64,000 nt of DNA, from positions 1,302,001 through 1,366,000 of the forward strand of contig CM059433.1 in NCBI GenBank assembly GCA_030390025.1, in the 5' to 3' direction. The position numbers were made by a program, and so were the translations under genes. This DNA is from Squalus acanthias. Lineage: Eukaryota. The notes under the pieces were generated by a model that saw nothing but the letters and a program-made list of their open reading frames with translations, ran no database searches and was not told the origin of the DNA. Position 1 is the stretch's first letter. Each line of letters begins with the position of its first letter. This document shows, in pieces, positions 61,236 through 64,000 of the stretch.

Positions 61236-63553
61236 AAGAGAGGGAGCAGTTCTGGACTTAGTTTTAGGGAATTAAGTTGGGCAGGTGGAAGGGGTATCAG
61301 TGGGAGAGCAGTTTGGTGATAGTGATCATAATTCAGTTTGATTTAGCGTAGTTAAGGAAAAGGACAAAGATAGACCAGGAGTAAAAGTTCTCAAAAGGCC
61401 AATTTTATTAAATTGAGATGTGATTTAACAAAAGTGAACTGGAAACAGCTACTTGAAGGTAAATGAATGTCAGAGCAGTGGGAGGCATTCAAGGAGTAGA
61501 TAGTGAGAGTTCAGAGCAAGTATGTTCCCACAGAGAAAAAGGGTGGGACTCCAAAATCAAGAGCCCGGTGGATCTCAAGGGGTATACAGCGTAGGATAAG
61601 GCAAAAAAAGGGAAGCTTATGTCAGAAACCAAGAGCTTAATACTGCAGAAAGCCTAGAGGAGTATAGATAGTACAGGGGTGAAATTAAAAAGGAAATTAG
61701 GAAAGCAAAGAGAAGGCATGAAGAAATATTGGCAAGTAAAATCAAGGAAAACCCAAAGATGTTTTCTAAATACATGACGAGCAAGAGGATAACTAAGGAA
61801 AGAGTAGGGCCTATTAGAGACCAAAAAGGTAACCTGTGTGTGGAGGCGGAAGACGTGGGTATGGTTCTGAATGAATACTTTGCGTCTGTTTTCACAAAAG
61901 AGGGGGATGATGCACTGATGCAGATATTGTAGTTAAGCAGGAGGAGTGTGAAATATTGGATGGGATAAACATAGTGAGAGATGAAATATTAAGAGGTTTA
62001 GCATCTTTGAAAGTAGATAAATCGCCAGGCTCGGATAAAATGTATTCCAGGCTCTTAAGAGAAGCAAGGGAGGAAATAGCAGAGGCTCTGACCATCATTT
62101 TCCAATCCTCTCTGGCTACAGGTGTGGTGCCGGAGGACTGGAGGACTGCTAATGTTGTACAGTTGTTTAAAAAGGGAGAAAGGGATAGACCGAGAAATTA
62201 TAGGTCAGTCAGCCTAACCTCAGTGGTGAGAAAATTATTGGAAAAAATTCTGAGGGACAGTATTAACCGACATTTAGAAAGTCAGGGATCAATCACGGAC
62301 ATTCAGCATGGATTTGTTAAGGGAAGGTCGTGTCTGACTAGCTTGATTGAACTTTTGAGGAGGTAACAAGGAGGGTCGATGAGGGTAGCATGTTTAATGT
62401 AGTCTACATAGATCTTAGCAAGGCTTTTGGCAAGGTCCCACATGGCAGACTGATCAGAAAAGTAAAAGCCAGTGGGATCCAAGGGAAAATGGCAAGTTGG
62501 ATCCAAAATTGGTTCAGTGGCAGGAAGCAAAGGGTAATGGTCGATGAGTGTTTTTGTGACTGGAAGGCTGTTTCCAATGGGGTTCCGCAGGGCTCAGTAC
62601 TAGGTCCCTTGCTTTTGTGGTATATATCAATGATTTAGACTTCAATGTAGGGAGCGTGATTAAGAAGTTTACAGATGATACAAAAATTGGCCTTGTGGTT
62701 GATAGTGAGGAAGAAAGCTGTAGCCTGCAGGAAGACATCAATGGACTGGTCAGGTGGGCAGAAAAGTGGCAAATGGAATTCAATCCGGAGAAGTGTGAGG
62801 TGTTGCATTTGGGGAGGGCTAACAAGGCAAGGGCATACACAATAAATGGTAGGATACTGAGAAGTGTAGAGGGACAGAAGGACCTTGGAGTGCCTGTCCA
62901 CAGATCCCTGAAGGTATCAGGAATGGTAGATATGGGTTTAAGAAGGCATATGGGATACTTTCCTTTATTAGCTGTGGTTTAGAATATAAGAGCAGAACAA
63001 CTATGCTTGAACTGTATAAAACACTAGTTAGGCCACAGCTAGAGTACTGCATGTAGTTTTGATCACCGCATTACAAGAAAGATGCAACTGCACTAGAAAG
63101 GGTATGGAGGAGGTTTACGAGGATGTTGCGAGGACTGGAGAATTTTAGCTATGAGGAAAGATTGGATGGGATGGGGTTGTTTTCTTTGGAACAGAGGAGG
63201 CTGAGGGGAGATTTAATTAGGGTGTATAAAATTATGAGGGGCCTAGATAGAGCAGATAGGAAGGACCTATTTCACTTAGCAGAGAGGTCAATAACCAGGG
63301 GGCATAGATTTAAAGTAATGTAGAAGGATTAGAGGGGAGTTGAGAATTTTTTTCACCCAAAGGTCTGGAACACACTACCTGAATGGGTGGTCGAGGTAGA
63401 AACTCTCACCGCACTCTCACTTGAAGTGTTGTAACCTACAAGGCTACAGACCAAGAGCTGGAAAGTGGGATTAGGCTGGATAGCTCTTTGTCGACCGGCA
63501 CAGGCGCGATGGGCAGAATGGCCTCCTTCTGTGCCGTAAGTTTCTATGATTCT
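61236..63553 (+). pseudogene. Older CR1 ORF2 and 3' end, degenerate
   Basis: DKSPG, QHGFVKGRSCLT, GVPQGSVLGP, FTDDTK motifs across several frames; tail TTCTATGATTCT. Confidence 0.9.
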
Positions 63554-63561
63554 GGCAACAC

Positions 63562-63685
63562 AATGTTCCCTCAGCACTGCACTAAAGTGTTGCCCTACAT
63601 TAGAGGCTCAAGTCCAGGAGTGGTTCTTGAAGCCATACCTTCTAATTCTCATTAAGAGAATTACCACTGATCCCAGTCAAGCTAG
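63562..63685 (-). mobile_element. SINE head fragment
   Basis: TCCCTCAGCACTGCACT...GCTCAAGTCCAGGAGTGG..CTTGAA. Confidence 0.5.
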
Positions 63686-64000
63686 GAAAGGTAAAAGCAA
63701 AGGCAGCTTTCAACCCTTCTGAATATTGTTGTGAGAGGTAGAGTCATTCTGAACTCTTTTTTGAATTATTTGTGGGTAGTAGGGAGTAGGGGTGCTATCA
63801 ACTCTCCAGGGGGCTGTATGGGTATCCACGTGTGTGTTAGGTTTTTGGGTTTTTACTCTAGGTATTTTCCTTGGGCTTTGCATCAGAAACTGTTCCCATA
63901 AGTGAGCCTTCATCCCCTATAAACCGAAGTATGCTTAGACTTGCCCAGTACCTAGGTAATCGTAACAATTTCAAACACCAGACCCTTGTTTCAGCTTAGA

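Overview
Repeat-dominated eukaryotic, non-genic window, most likely from a cartilaginous fish (inferred from the SINE/CR1/L2 families). No host protein-coding gene is recognisable. It contains: many tRNA-derived Deu-domain-type SINEs; L2 and CR1 LINE fragments; a full-length CR1 (15027-19531, minus) with zinc-finger/SGNH-esterase ORF1 and APE-RT ORF2 disabled by one nonsense change; a decayed nested PIF/Harbinger (about 4415-9334) carrying a Penelope-like insert with a minimal hammerhead ribozyme; several MITEs and minisatellites; and a roughly 29.6 kb purine-rich satellite (28583-58176, with a 371-N gap). The satellite is interrupted by a truncated CR1, an apparently intact autonomous Harbinger (48681-52883, transposase plus 3-exon Myb/SANT gene) and a 1648-bp solo LTR. 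Top findings: (1) a candidate programmed -1 ribosomal frameshift (GGGUUUAAAC directly before the ORF1 stop, -1 frame open into ORF2) in the CR1; (2) the intact Harbinger, whose TIR resembles the satellite it sits in; (3) the hammerhead ribozyme.
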